Shown here: positions 57,510-64,000 of the stretch, piece after piece | How positions within the stretch are numbered: the stretch's first letter is position 1 | How the letters are laid out: every line of letters starts with the position of its first letter | IMG/VR virus record: IMGVR_UViG_3300021387_000008 | Source of the DNA: an uncultured virus (IMG/VR IMGVR_UViG_3300021387_000008) | Lineage: Duplodnaviria; Heunggongvirae; Uroviricota; Caudoviricetes; Crassvirales | Strand: one strand, 5' to 3' | DNA: 64,000 bases | Notes under the pieces: model-generated | The model's input: the letters and a program-made list of their open reading frames with translations, nothing else | Told to the model about the DNA's origin: nothing | Database searches by the model: none | Position numbers and translations under genes: made by a program

Positions 57510-58193
57510 TTAATATTTAATAGCGTTAGGAATTTCATCTGTTTCACGAACAGTATCAATAAGGTCTCTCTTATAAATAATTTCTTTAATTTGACCAATC
57601 ATGTCTTCGCTAAGAAGATATTCATTTTCGTCTAGCCAAATACTGTCAGGAGTTTCAGTACCATTGATAAGAGAAATCTCATTAGGATGTTCAAAAGCAG
57701 ATTCTATAACAATTTTGTCTAGTTCAAAAGGCTTGCTATTGACTGGAAATATATAAATATATTCGTTAATATAATCATAACAAGGCATACCGCAAAGACC
57801 AGGTACAGCACTTCTAAATCTAGCAGATGTTTCCTTAATGTATGGAAACTCTCTATTAGTTTTAAAACCAGCTGAACTAACCCTATCAAAAGGAAGATTA
57901 TTAGTAAGCCTAACAGGACGAGGAACACGTTGAAGAGTTCTCTTAATCTTTGTAATATCATAATCATCATATTCCTCTGGCAATTGAATATCGCCATCAT
58001 TTACTGTAGTAAGACTAACTTTAAATCTTTGAGTAAGAATCTTATCCACATAACCGTGGTTCTCATAAGACCTTCTTATAACTTCATTACGAGTTTGAAT
58101 TATAAGAAGTTTAAGATTCTCACGAAGAGCTTTATTGTTAGGCTGACGTACAGCATGAGCCATTTCTGAAACAAGTTGTGCAATACTAGCCAT
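57510..58193 (-). CDS. tail ring protein
   Basis: 227 aa; first gene of the tail/cargo operon; YIYI..FEHP..EY.L motif. Confidence 0.55.
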   Translation of the reverse strand: MASIAQLVSEMAHAVRQPNNKALRENLKLLIIQTRNEVIRRSYENHGYVDKILTQRFKVSLTTVNDGDIQLPEEYDDYDITKIKRTLQRVPRPVRLTNNLPFDRVSSAGFKTNREFPYIKETSARFRSAVPGLCGMPCYDYINEYIYIFPVNSKPFELDKIVIESAFEHPNEISLINGTETPDSIWLDENEYLLSEDMIGQIKEIIYKRDLIDTVRETDEIPNAIKY

Positions 58194-58318
58194 ATTATTA
58201 ATATTTTATTTATTATAAGTTTTATCTAAATGAAAGTTCCCCCGTAGAAGAGTTGTAGCATTAACAACTCGGAATTAATCTGAGTGGTTCTAAACTTATC
58301 TACTTCTCTATACGGAGG

Positions 58319-58436
58319 AATTATATTTATATTATTATTAATATTTTATTTATTATTTATATTATATTATTTTTAATTTATATATTTAATATTATTAATA
58401 TAATTAATATTATTATTTATATAATTATAATAATAA
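58319..58436. other. 118-bp tract containing only A and T
   Basis: No G or C from 58319 to 58436. Confidence 0.95.
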
Positions 58437-58458
58437 CAGACACCTTCTCTGATGCCTG

Positions 58459-58490
58459 CAAATTTAATAAATTTCTTGCAAAATCACAAG
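58459..58490 (-). promoter_or_regulatory. Bacteroidota-type promoter for the tail/cargo operon
   Basis: Minus strand CTTG-TGATTTTGCAAGAAATTTAT-TAAATTTG(CA). Confidence 0.55.
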
Positions 58491-58549
58491 AAATATAATG
58501 TTAAAAAATGTTATATTTATAGATTTTTAAATTGCATAAGCAATATTAT

Positions 58550-58936
58550 CTATAATAGTTTCAACTTATGGTTTATCATTAACATACGCATTACTATGTA
58601 ACCAACAGTATATGCTGGAGGCTCTCCTTCATCATCTACATTATAAGCCTTAAGCATATGTTGTTTAACATGTTCAGCTTCATGAACAATAGAATTAATA
58701 TAATCATATCTATTTTTATGATAATTGAAAAGAACTACACTAATATGTTTTCTAATATTGCTACAAGTTACAGCTTTAGCTTTATACTTTAGGTTGTAGT
58801 AAACATCATCAATTTTCTCTACGGGGGAGCCAATAGCTTTCAGTTCAAAAGCTATATCATTAAAAAAGTTATAGTCTACATTATAATAAACTATAACTTC
58901 CCAATAACCGTCAATATCGATTAATTGTTTAATCAT
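58550..58936 (-). CDS. small zincin-like (HExxH) protein
   Basis: SIVHEAEH...EPPAY. Confidence 0.7.
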   Translation of the reverse strand: MIKQLIDIDGYWEVIVYYNVDYNFFNDIAFELKAIGSPVEKIDDVYYNLKYKAKAVTCSNIRKHISVVLFNYHKNRYDYINSIVHEAEHVKQHMLKAYNVDDEGEPPAYTVGYIVMRMLMINHKLKLL

Positions 58937-59349
58937 ATAACATCATCCCATTCAATAGGATTATTCATAAACATACAATCAGCATAATAACGATTGAATA
59001 CATAACCTTCTTCTGCATCTGCATCATCAATTACGTCTTTAACATATTTGCAAAGATGTTCTTCTGTTGGAACAGATTTACCAAGAAAGTCTGCTTGACA
59101 CATATTAGCTACATAAACAGCGTCATATAACTTATTCCTTTTAAGTTTAATACCATAAGCTTCAAGCATTTCATCAAGATGTTCTTTGGTATAAGGAGTA
59201 ATGTATTCTTTCTTACCATTAACAACTTTATACATTCTAGAAGAAGCTTCTTTACAAAGTTTCTTATTAAAATGAGGACCATAGTTATTAATATAATACA
59301 TCATTCCTTCAGGAATTTCATCATAACTTCCAGTTCTTGTATGATACAT
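58933..59349 (-). CDS. hypothetical protein
   Basis: 138 aa; YGPHFNKKLC..YDAVYVANMCQADF..D.DA..G..FNRYYAD. Confidence 0.75.
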   Translation of the reverse strand: MYHTRTGSYDEIPEGMMYYINNYGPHFNKKLCKEASSRMYKVVNGKKEYITPYTKEHLDEMLEAYGIKLKRNKLYDAVYVANMCQADFLGKSVPTEEHLCKYVKDVIDDADAEEGYVFNRYYADCMFMNNPIEWDDVI

Positions 59350-59442
59350 AATAGTAATGTTATTAAAAAGGGCAGTGAGCTGAAAGCTCCCCCGTAGAGA
59401 AGAATTAGCATCACTGCCTAGTTAATCACTTTATTTTATAAG

Positions 59443-59670
59443 TTACATACGACCACCACGAGAGCCACCTCCACGACGATAACTATAACGGCTACCACCT
59501 CTACGAGTTTCTTCGTACTCATCATCGTCACGATAGCGATAATCTTCATCGTCATCTTCGATAGACTCTTCAAGACAATCTTCTATCATCTCTGCATACT
59601 CCTTCATCTTCTTTACTTTCTTCAGAAGGTCTTTATGCTCTTCTTTATTACGAAATCTAACTATTACCAT
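59443..59670 (-). CDS. small protein with acidic tract and RGG-rich tail
   Basis: EDDDEDYRYRDDDEYEETRRGGSRYSYRRGGGSRGGRM. Confidence 0.7.
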   Translation of the reverse strand: MVIVRFRNKEEHKDLLKKVKKMKEYAEMIEDCLEESIEDDDEDYRYRDDDEYEETRRGGSRYSYRRGGGSRGGRM

Positions 59671-59675
59671 AATCT

Positions 59676-60170
59676 TTAATTTGTTTGTTTAGCTTTCTCT
59701 TTAAGTAAAGATATTGCCTCAGCTAGCTGAGATTTAAGACTTCCAACTTCATCTTTAAGTGCTTTAACTTCATCAGAATTACTTGCACTACCAGGCATAA
59801 GCTCATTAAGAACATTATCATACTGAGGAATAAGTGATTCGTGATAAGAGGCACTATCAACAATAGCTTTACTTTTATCTTTCAAACTTTTAACGTAGTT
59901 ATATAGAGAATCTTTATTATCTGCAATGACAAAAGATTTATCTCCAAAATCAGCAATAGCACTATTGCTGGGCACTTGTTGGAAAGTTTTCTTTTCACCG
60001 TTAATATTGCAAACAATATCAAGTCTTAATTCAGGCATTTGACCAAACATATTAGGATTGTGACCTCCAATAGTTGGCATAACACTTTCAACAGAAGCGG
60101 TAAACCACTTTATTTTATCTGTTCTATCTAGTCCATAGAGGACATTACCTTTACTTAAAGTAGAAAACAT
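59676..60170 (-). CDS. hypothetical protein with C-terminal coiled coil
   Basis: 164 aa; part of a tightly packed operon. Confidence 0.75.
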   Translation of the reverse strand: MFSTLSKGNVLYGLDRTDKIKWFTASVESVMPTIGGHNPNMFGQMPELRLDIVCNINGEKKTFQQVPSNSAIADFGDKSFVIADNKDSLYNYVKSLKDKSKAIVDSASYHESLIPQYDNVLNELMPGSASNSDEVKALKDEVGSLKSQLAEAISLLKEKAKQTN

Positions 60171-60191
60171 AATTATACACTTTTTAATTAA

Positions 60192-60530
60192 TTAACTTAC
60201 AGTCCTTGACATAAGAGTTAGCAAACCTCTAGTTCTATCATTGAACACAAGAATATTACTAACATTAAGCAATTCAGCAGCAGTTACTGGAGTACCATTA
60301 GGCAAAGTCAATGGTTTTGTAACATCATTAAGAGTGAGTGTTACAGGTAAAGTTGTAGTAGCATCTGCAGGAACAACTGTACTAATTATAATAGTAAGAT
60401 AACCTACAGGCTGAATTCTACGAACACCAAGAGCAATGTTAATGGTCTCAGTTCCAACAGTAGTATTTGTAGATACAATATACGGAATACCACCAGCGTT
60501 AGTTGCTATAATTTGATTACAACAAGCCAT
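60192..60530 (-). CDS. hypothetical beta-rich protein
   Basis: 112 aa; Thr/Val-rich; MACC N-terminus. Confidence 0.75.
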   Translation of the reverse strand: MACCNQIIATNAGGIPYIVSTNTTVGTETINIALGVRRIQPVGYLTIIISTVVPADATTTLPVTLTLNDVTKPLTLPNGTPVTAAELLNVSNILVFNDRTRGLLTLMSRTVS

Positions 60531-60551
60531 ACGTTTACCTCCTATCCGATA

Positions 60552-61532
60552 TTAATAAACAATACCACCGCCGAAGCCAGAGCCCCAGCCACCAAAATTA
60601 CCACCAGGATATAAACCCTGACCTATGTAAGGAGTAGCATTAACACCTACAAGATTAGGCCACTGAACAGGAACAGTGTTAGGCTGTTTTGCAGCAATAG
60701 CGTCAATCTTATCATCAAGAGCATGGAAAGCAGCATTAAACTGCAGAGTCTGATGGTCATTACTAATCTGATTACGCAGTTGAGTAATAATATCACCCTG
60801 AGTATTAATCTTATTCTGCAACTCACGTTCCTTCAAATCACAGAACTCTTTAGTAATAAGAGTATTCTGACCGGCAATAGCATTAAGAATAGCATTAGTA
60901 TCACGCTCAGCCTGATTCTGCAGAGTATTAGTTTGCTGACAAATAGCTAACTTATCAGCACCATCTAACTGAGCAAGCTGAAGCTGAAGACCAGCAGCAT
61001 TCTTTTCAGCCTGAAGAATATCATCAGCATGATTAGCAGCAAGAGTTGACTGAAGAGCATTAGTTTGCTGACAAATAGCAAGACGATTTTCGCAGCAGCA
61101 CTCACAAAGCTTAGACAGAATAGAAGTATCACCAGCTTGAATAGCATTAATAGTCTGAAGACCACTCATACCAATCTGACCAGCAACCTGAGTAATAGAA
61201 TTTTGCAGACCAAATACACCAGTCTTAATTCCTTCAACAGAAGTATTAAGAAGCTGAGCAAGAGTATTCAGATTATCAAAACGACCATTCATAATCTCAG
61301 CAAGATACTGGCGACCTTCAGAACCGTTATGAGAAGCGAGATAATCATTAAAACTGCCATTACGACCATTTCTATCCCACATCATCCACATAAACATAAT
61401 CCACCACCAAGCTCCGTTGCCACCACCAAAACCACCATTGTTTTGAAGAGCCAACAGAAGATTAGGGTCAATACTAGAAGCAGCATGTCCTGTAGCTGCA
61501 TCAGGGAAAACAAAAACACCATTTTCGCCCAT
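60552..61532 (-). CDS. Gly-rich/coiled-coil protein with CECCC motif
   Basis: 326 aa; GGFGGGNGAWWWIMFMWMMW, LCECCCENRLAICQQTN; biased codons suggest high expression. Confidence 0.8.
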   Translation of the reverse strand: MGENGVFVFPDAATGHAASSIDPNLLLALQNNGGFGGGNGAWWWIMFMWMMWDRNGRNGSFNDYLASHNGSEGRQYLAEIMNGRFDNLNTLAQLLNTSVEGIKTGVFGLQNSITQVAGQIGMSGLQTINAIQAGDTSILSKLCECCCENRLAICQQTNALQSTLAANHADDILQAEKNAAGLQLQLAQLDGADKLAICQQTNTLQNQAERDTNAILNAIAGQNTLITKEFCDLKERELQNKINTQGDIITQLRNQISNDHQTLQFNAAFHALDDKIDAIAAKQPNTVPVQWPNLVGVNATPYIGQGLYPGGNFGGWGSGFGGGIVY

Positions 61533-61600
61533 AATAGTTTCATTTTAATTTTGTTAATAATAAAGTTTAATATCTTTTATGACGTCATTAAAAGATATTG

Positions 61601-61631
61601 CAAAGATAACAAAATTACTATCACGAGCAGA
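61601..61631 (-). promoter_or_regulatory. Bacteroidota-type promoter
   Basis: Minus strand TCTG-N19-TATCTTTG(CA) upstream of ATG 61532. Confidence 0.6.
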
Positions 61632-61649
61632 AGGATGCCGATAAATAAA

Positions 61650-61683
61650 ATAACCGCCTAACTATCAGCAAGTTAGACGGTTA
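61650..61683 (-). terminator. hairpin/terminator after the HTH gene
   Basis: TAACCGCCTAACT..AGTTAGACGGTTA stem; A-run on + gives a U-tract on -. Confidence 0.55.
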
Positions 61684-61710
61684 AGACGTTACCGATTTAT
61701 AGAAAATAAT

Positions 61711-62001
61711 TTATTCAGCTTCAACAGCACACATAATCTCATCTTTATACCAAATAAGATTATTCTTATGAGCAAGTTTACGACCTCTAGGAAATTTGCC
61801 TAGACGAACATAATCATCAAATCTGCTTCTACTCATATTAAGATAATCACAGACTTCTTCTTTAGTCATTTCAATATGAGCAATAGCAGAAAGTATATTT
61901 GTAGCTTGTTCTGCATTTAGATGAGAATTACCTGCGTCAATAGCATCAGCGTACTGCCTCATCAGTTTTGCTACAATCTTTTCTACAGGGGTGCTTATCA
62001 T
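61711..62001 (-). CDS. AlpA/excisionase-like HTH DNA-binding protein
   Basis: MTKEEVCDYLNMSRSRFDDYVRLGKFPRGRK..LIWYKDEI; ATG at 62001. Confidence 0.8.
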   Translation of the reverse strand: MISTPVEKIVAKLMRQYADAIDAGNSHLNAEQATNILSAIAHIEMTKEEVCDYLNMSRSRFDDYVRLGKFPRGRKLAHKNNLIWYKDEIMCAVEAE

Positions 62002-62356
62002 GTTGATGAAAATATAAACCAATACTAATAAATATAATACCAAGACCTAATTGAAAAGCAACCATAGGTCTTAAACCAAGAGGAATACCATAAGTGTAAT
62101 CATACCAATTTATAATGCCTTCTACTAATATGTAATATAAAAATATTCTATGCCATCTGCAAAACTGAAAGCAGAATGAAGATAAATATAAAAATAACCA
62201 TATTAATAGAGCTATAATATAAGATATAGTCGCACCTTCATAATCAAAATATGATAGCAGCGTATCAGTAAAACTTAACACTGCTACCACCATTGGTATT
62301 ATCTTAATCCAATGTAATTCTATTTTATATAAACTATTCCGTAGCTTTGCCTCCAT
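61946..62356 (-). CDS. multi-pass membrane protein
   Basis: 3-4 hydrophobic helices; likely start MEAKL at 62356. Confidence 0.65.
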   Translation of the reverse strand: MEAKLRNSLYKIELHWIKIIPMVVAVLSFTDTLLSYFDYEGATISYIIALLIWLFLYLSSFCFQFCRWHRIFLYYILVEGIINWYDYTYGIPLGLRPMVAFQLGLGIIFISIGLYFHQHDKHPCRKDCSKTDEAVR

Positions 62357-62456
62357 CTTCAAGTCTTCTACGTCTTTTAGTAAAACCTGCTTTAGGAATA
62401 CTGGGTGCAGCAACACCTCTATCTTTAATCTTTTTATTAGCTATAACAGTATCCAT
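62334..62456 (-). CDS. 40-aa basic peptide
   Basis: MDTVIANKKIKDRGVAAPSIPKAGFTKRRRRLEDGGKATE, hand-translated; directly after a promoter. Confidence 0.55.
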   Translation of the reverse strand: MDTVIANKKIKDRGVAAPSIPKAGFTKRRRRLEDGGKATE

Positions 62457-62463
62457 TTGATTA

Positions 62464-62495
62464 CAAATATAAGTATTAATTTTTAATTATGCAAA
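62464..62495 (-). promoter_or_regulatory. Bacteroidota-type promoter
   Basis: Minus strand TTTG-N20-TATATTTG, 7 nt before ATG 62456. Confidence 0.75.
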
Positions 62496-62524
62496 CTTTG
62501 GGCGTTAAATGATATTAATTTCAT

Positions 62525-62617
62525 CTATTTGCTTACTATTAGCCCCGTAAAGAGTTTGAATATAGCCTGCTGATAGTTTGTTAAGGCTCACTATCAGACA
62601 GGCTGAAATTGAATTTT
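62525..62617 (+). repeat. family B copy 5 (intergenic)
   Basis: CTATTTG@62525, TGATAGTTTGTTAAGGCT@+46, GCTGAAATTGAATTTT@+77. Confidence 0.85.
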
Positions 62618-62668
62618 AACTTCTACAAAGAAATTAAGTTAGAATAAACATTAGTATTATCTCTTGTG

Positions 62669-62698
62669 TAAAGACAGCCACCGAAGTGACTGCCTTTT
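62669..62698 (-). terminator. terminator after the tail fibre gene
   Basis: Minus strand AAAGGCAGTCAC-TTCG-GTGGCTGTCTTT. Confidence 0.7.
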
Positions 62699-62700
62699 GT

Positions 62701-64000
62701 TTATACTGGATTACCATTTACATCACTCCAAACATCATTTTTACATACTAAAAGTTTATTTAAAGTTGTATCAAAATATGTTTTTCCCATATTTATACCT
62801 AAAGGACGTTCTACTGTAGTACCATAAAGAGGAATTTCTCTTTTAATTACATTAAATGCATAACAAGAATATACAGTAAAGTCGTAAGAATTATTATTAA
62901 TAGAAACAGCTACAAAAATTTTATTAACACCATCTGGAACTTTAATATATCTAACATATTGATACATTTGATATGAATTATAAAACGAAGCACTAGGTGA
63001 AGGTTTTGGATAATCAAATAAATTGTTTATTACTGCATTACCTGCGTCATTTAAATATGTTGCCATAACATTTCTATCAAACCAAAAATATTTATTTGTA
63101 GATGTATCTATAATATAACCTACAGAAAGTTGATAATAAGATGCAGAATAAGTAGCATATGTTGCTTTATCTATATCAACTAATAAAGACTTTCCATCTA
63201 TACTTGTTCTACAAAATATACAATTTTCAGGATAAGATATAACACTACCTAAAGGAGCATTAAGTTTATAACTTAAGGATTTATAATAATTAGTATTTAT
63301 TCTTCCACTAGAATTATCTTCAGATACATCCAAAAGTTTTGGGGGTATTGTATATCCCTTTATATAATCTATTGCTGTATTACCACTACATTTCATTAAA
63401 CAAGTAGCTCCTTCTTCTCTACACTTTTCAACTCTTAAAGTAGTTATATTTCTAGCATATATCATAGTCCAATTTTGTTCCATTGAAGTATATTCTATAG
63501 TAATATTACCACTACTATCATTACTATCTGGATATGCTAATTTATAAGAAGATAAATCAATAGCAGGACCGCCAATAACAACTGCATAACAAGCACCTCT
63601 TGGTTTACTCAATCCTGGTAATGTAATTCTATTTATTCTTACTACTGTTTGATTACACCAAGAAATTCCATTTGGTCCATTATGTTGATAAAATCTTAAA
63701 TTATAATTTCCACCACATAAATAATTACCTTCTATATTATTGTAACTACATCCTAAACCATAAATATCTTGCATTCTTAAGTTTTCATTAAACCAAGCTA
63801 TAGCATTGAATGTAATATGACAATCATTACAAGAAGTAATAGCCAATCCAATAAAATGAATACTTCGATTATCACTATAATTTATTTCATTTCTATGAGG
63901 GTCTATATTAAGTTCGTTAAGATAAATAAATAAATTTGCAGATTTTTCTATATTAATAGCAGCATTTAAATTTGTTAAAGTTCCTGTATAAGTAAATACA
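62701..64000 (-). CDS. tail fibre/spike-like protein, 5' end outside the window
   Basis: Frame stays open from 63846 to the window edge; very low GC; C-terminal GTTVERP..GKTYFDTTLNK..WSDVNG, typical of phage fibre proteins. Confidence 0.65.
   Translation of the reverse strand, partial: VFTYTGTLTNLNAAINIEKSANLFIYLNELNIDPHRNEINYSDNRSIHFIGLAITSCNDCHITFNAIAWFNENLRMQDIYGLGCSYNNIEGNYLCGGNYNLRFYQHNGPNGISWCNQTVVRINRITLPGLSKPRGACYAVVIGGPAIDLSSYKLAYPDSNDSSGNITIEYTSMEQNWTMIYARNITTLRVEKCREEGATCLMKCSGNTAIDYIKGYTIPPKLLDVSEDNSSGRINTNYYKSLSYKLNAPLGSVISYPENCIFCRTSIDGKSLLVDIDKATYATYSASYYQLSVGYIIDTSTNKYFWFDRNVMATYLNDAGNAVINNLFDYPKPSPSASFYNSYQMYQYVRYIKVPDGVNKIFVAVSINNNSYDFTVYSCYAFNVIKREIPLYGTTVERPLGINMGKTYFDTTLNKLLVCKNDVWSDVNGNPV

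Larger units (their letters stand above)
1111..61994. repeat. dispersed 17-bp motif family A, consensus GCWCCCCYGTAGAAGAA, at least 26 copies
   Basis: Copies on + at 1111, 9984, 16543, 24189, 25567, 31627, 36162, 42541, 45425, 50936, 56287, 58236, 59386; on - at 4868, 15372, 20370, 24149, 28600, 32927, 35618, 40274, 41891, 44546, 50543, 58814, 61978 (leftmost base given). Confidence 0.92.

Noticed and set aside
26915..58169. Many + strand and alternate-frame ORFs overlapping the large - strand genes, and - strand ORFs in the early arm
   Set aside because: Shadow ORFs rich in F/I/S/L with no motifs, fully overlapped by well-supported genes
25934..58193. Stop-codon reassignment (TAG or TGA), known in some crAss-like phages
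   Set aside because: Giant ORFs are intact under the standard code, TAG and TGA end genes at tight junctions, and no suppressor tRNA is present
1111..61994. Family A or B repeats as a CRISPR array, REP or IS ends
   Set aside because: Copies are kilobases apart and mostly in-frame in genes; no regular spacers, cas genes, transposase or target duplications
1111..61994. Family A motif as a conserved peptide (SPVE) or a simple promoter
   Set aside because: It is read in five different frames and lies in both orientations regardless of transcription direction
61711..62001. Excisionase implying an integrated prophage
   Set aside because: No integrase, att site or host genes in the window; AlpA-like HTH proteins also occur in lytic phages
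62541..62554. AGCCCCGTAAAGAG as an additional family A copy
   Set aside because: Too degenerate and lies within a family B spacer; not counted
62701..64000. Diversity-generating retroelement or invertible cassette at the tail fibre
   Set aside because: No reverse transcriptase, template/variable repeat pair or recombinase in the window; the gene is also cut by the window edge

Overview
This AT-rich window is about 64 kb of a crAss-like bacteriophage genome (Crassvirales). The gene set (PolB, ThyX, Gp157-like, DUF932) resembles the prototype gut crAssphage group, and TAnnTTTG promoters point to a Bacteroidota host. Bases 1-25.7 kb are a + strand early/replication arm: small ORFs, 4 tRNAs, SF1 helicase, PolB, degenerate SF2 helicase, RecT-like annealase, HNH endonuclease, SSB, primase, ligase, ThyX, dUTPase and thioredoxin. 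Bases 25.9-64 kb are a - strand virion arm: a 4260-aa virion RNA polymerase, other ejected cargo proteins, tail muzzle/ring proteins, an unknown-function operon and a partial tail fibre. The arms converge on a bidirectional terminator, and the standard genetic code fits. The most striking unexplained signals are two dispersed DNA motif families. Family A is a GC-rich 17-mer (GCWCCCCYGTAGAAGAA) seen at least 26 times, 13 per strand, mostly inside genes and read in all five stop-free frames. Family B is a ~93-bp three-block element with fixed internal spacing, in 5 co-oriented copies. Also notable: a repeat-flanked Cys-His-Asp cassette in a cargo protein, a 118-bp pure A/T tract, structured RNA candidates and apparent GATC avoidance. 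All product calls rest on motif recognition and synteny by eye; no searches were run.
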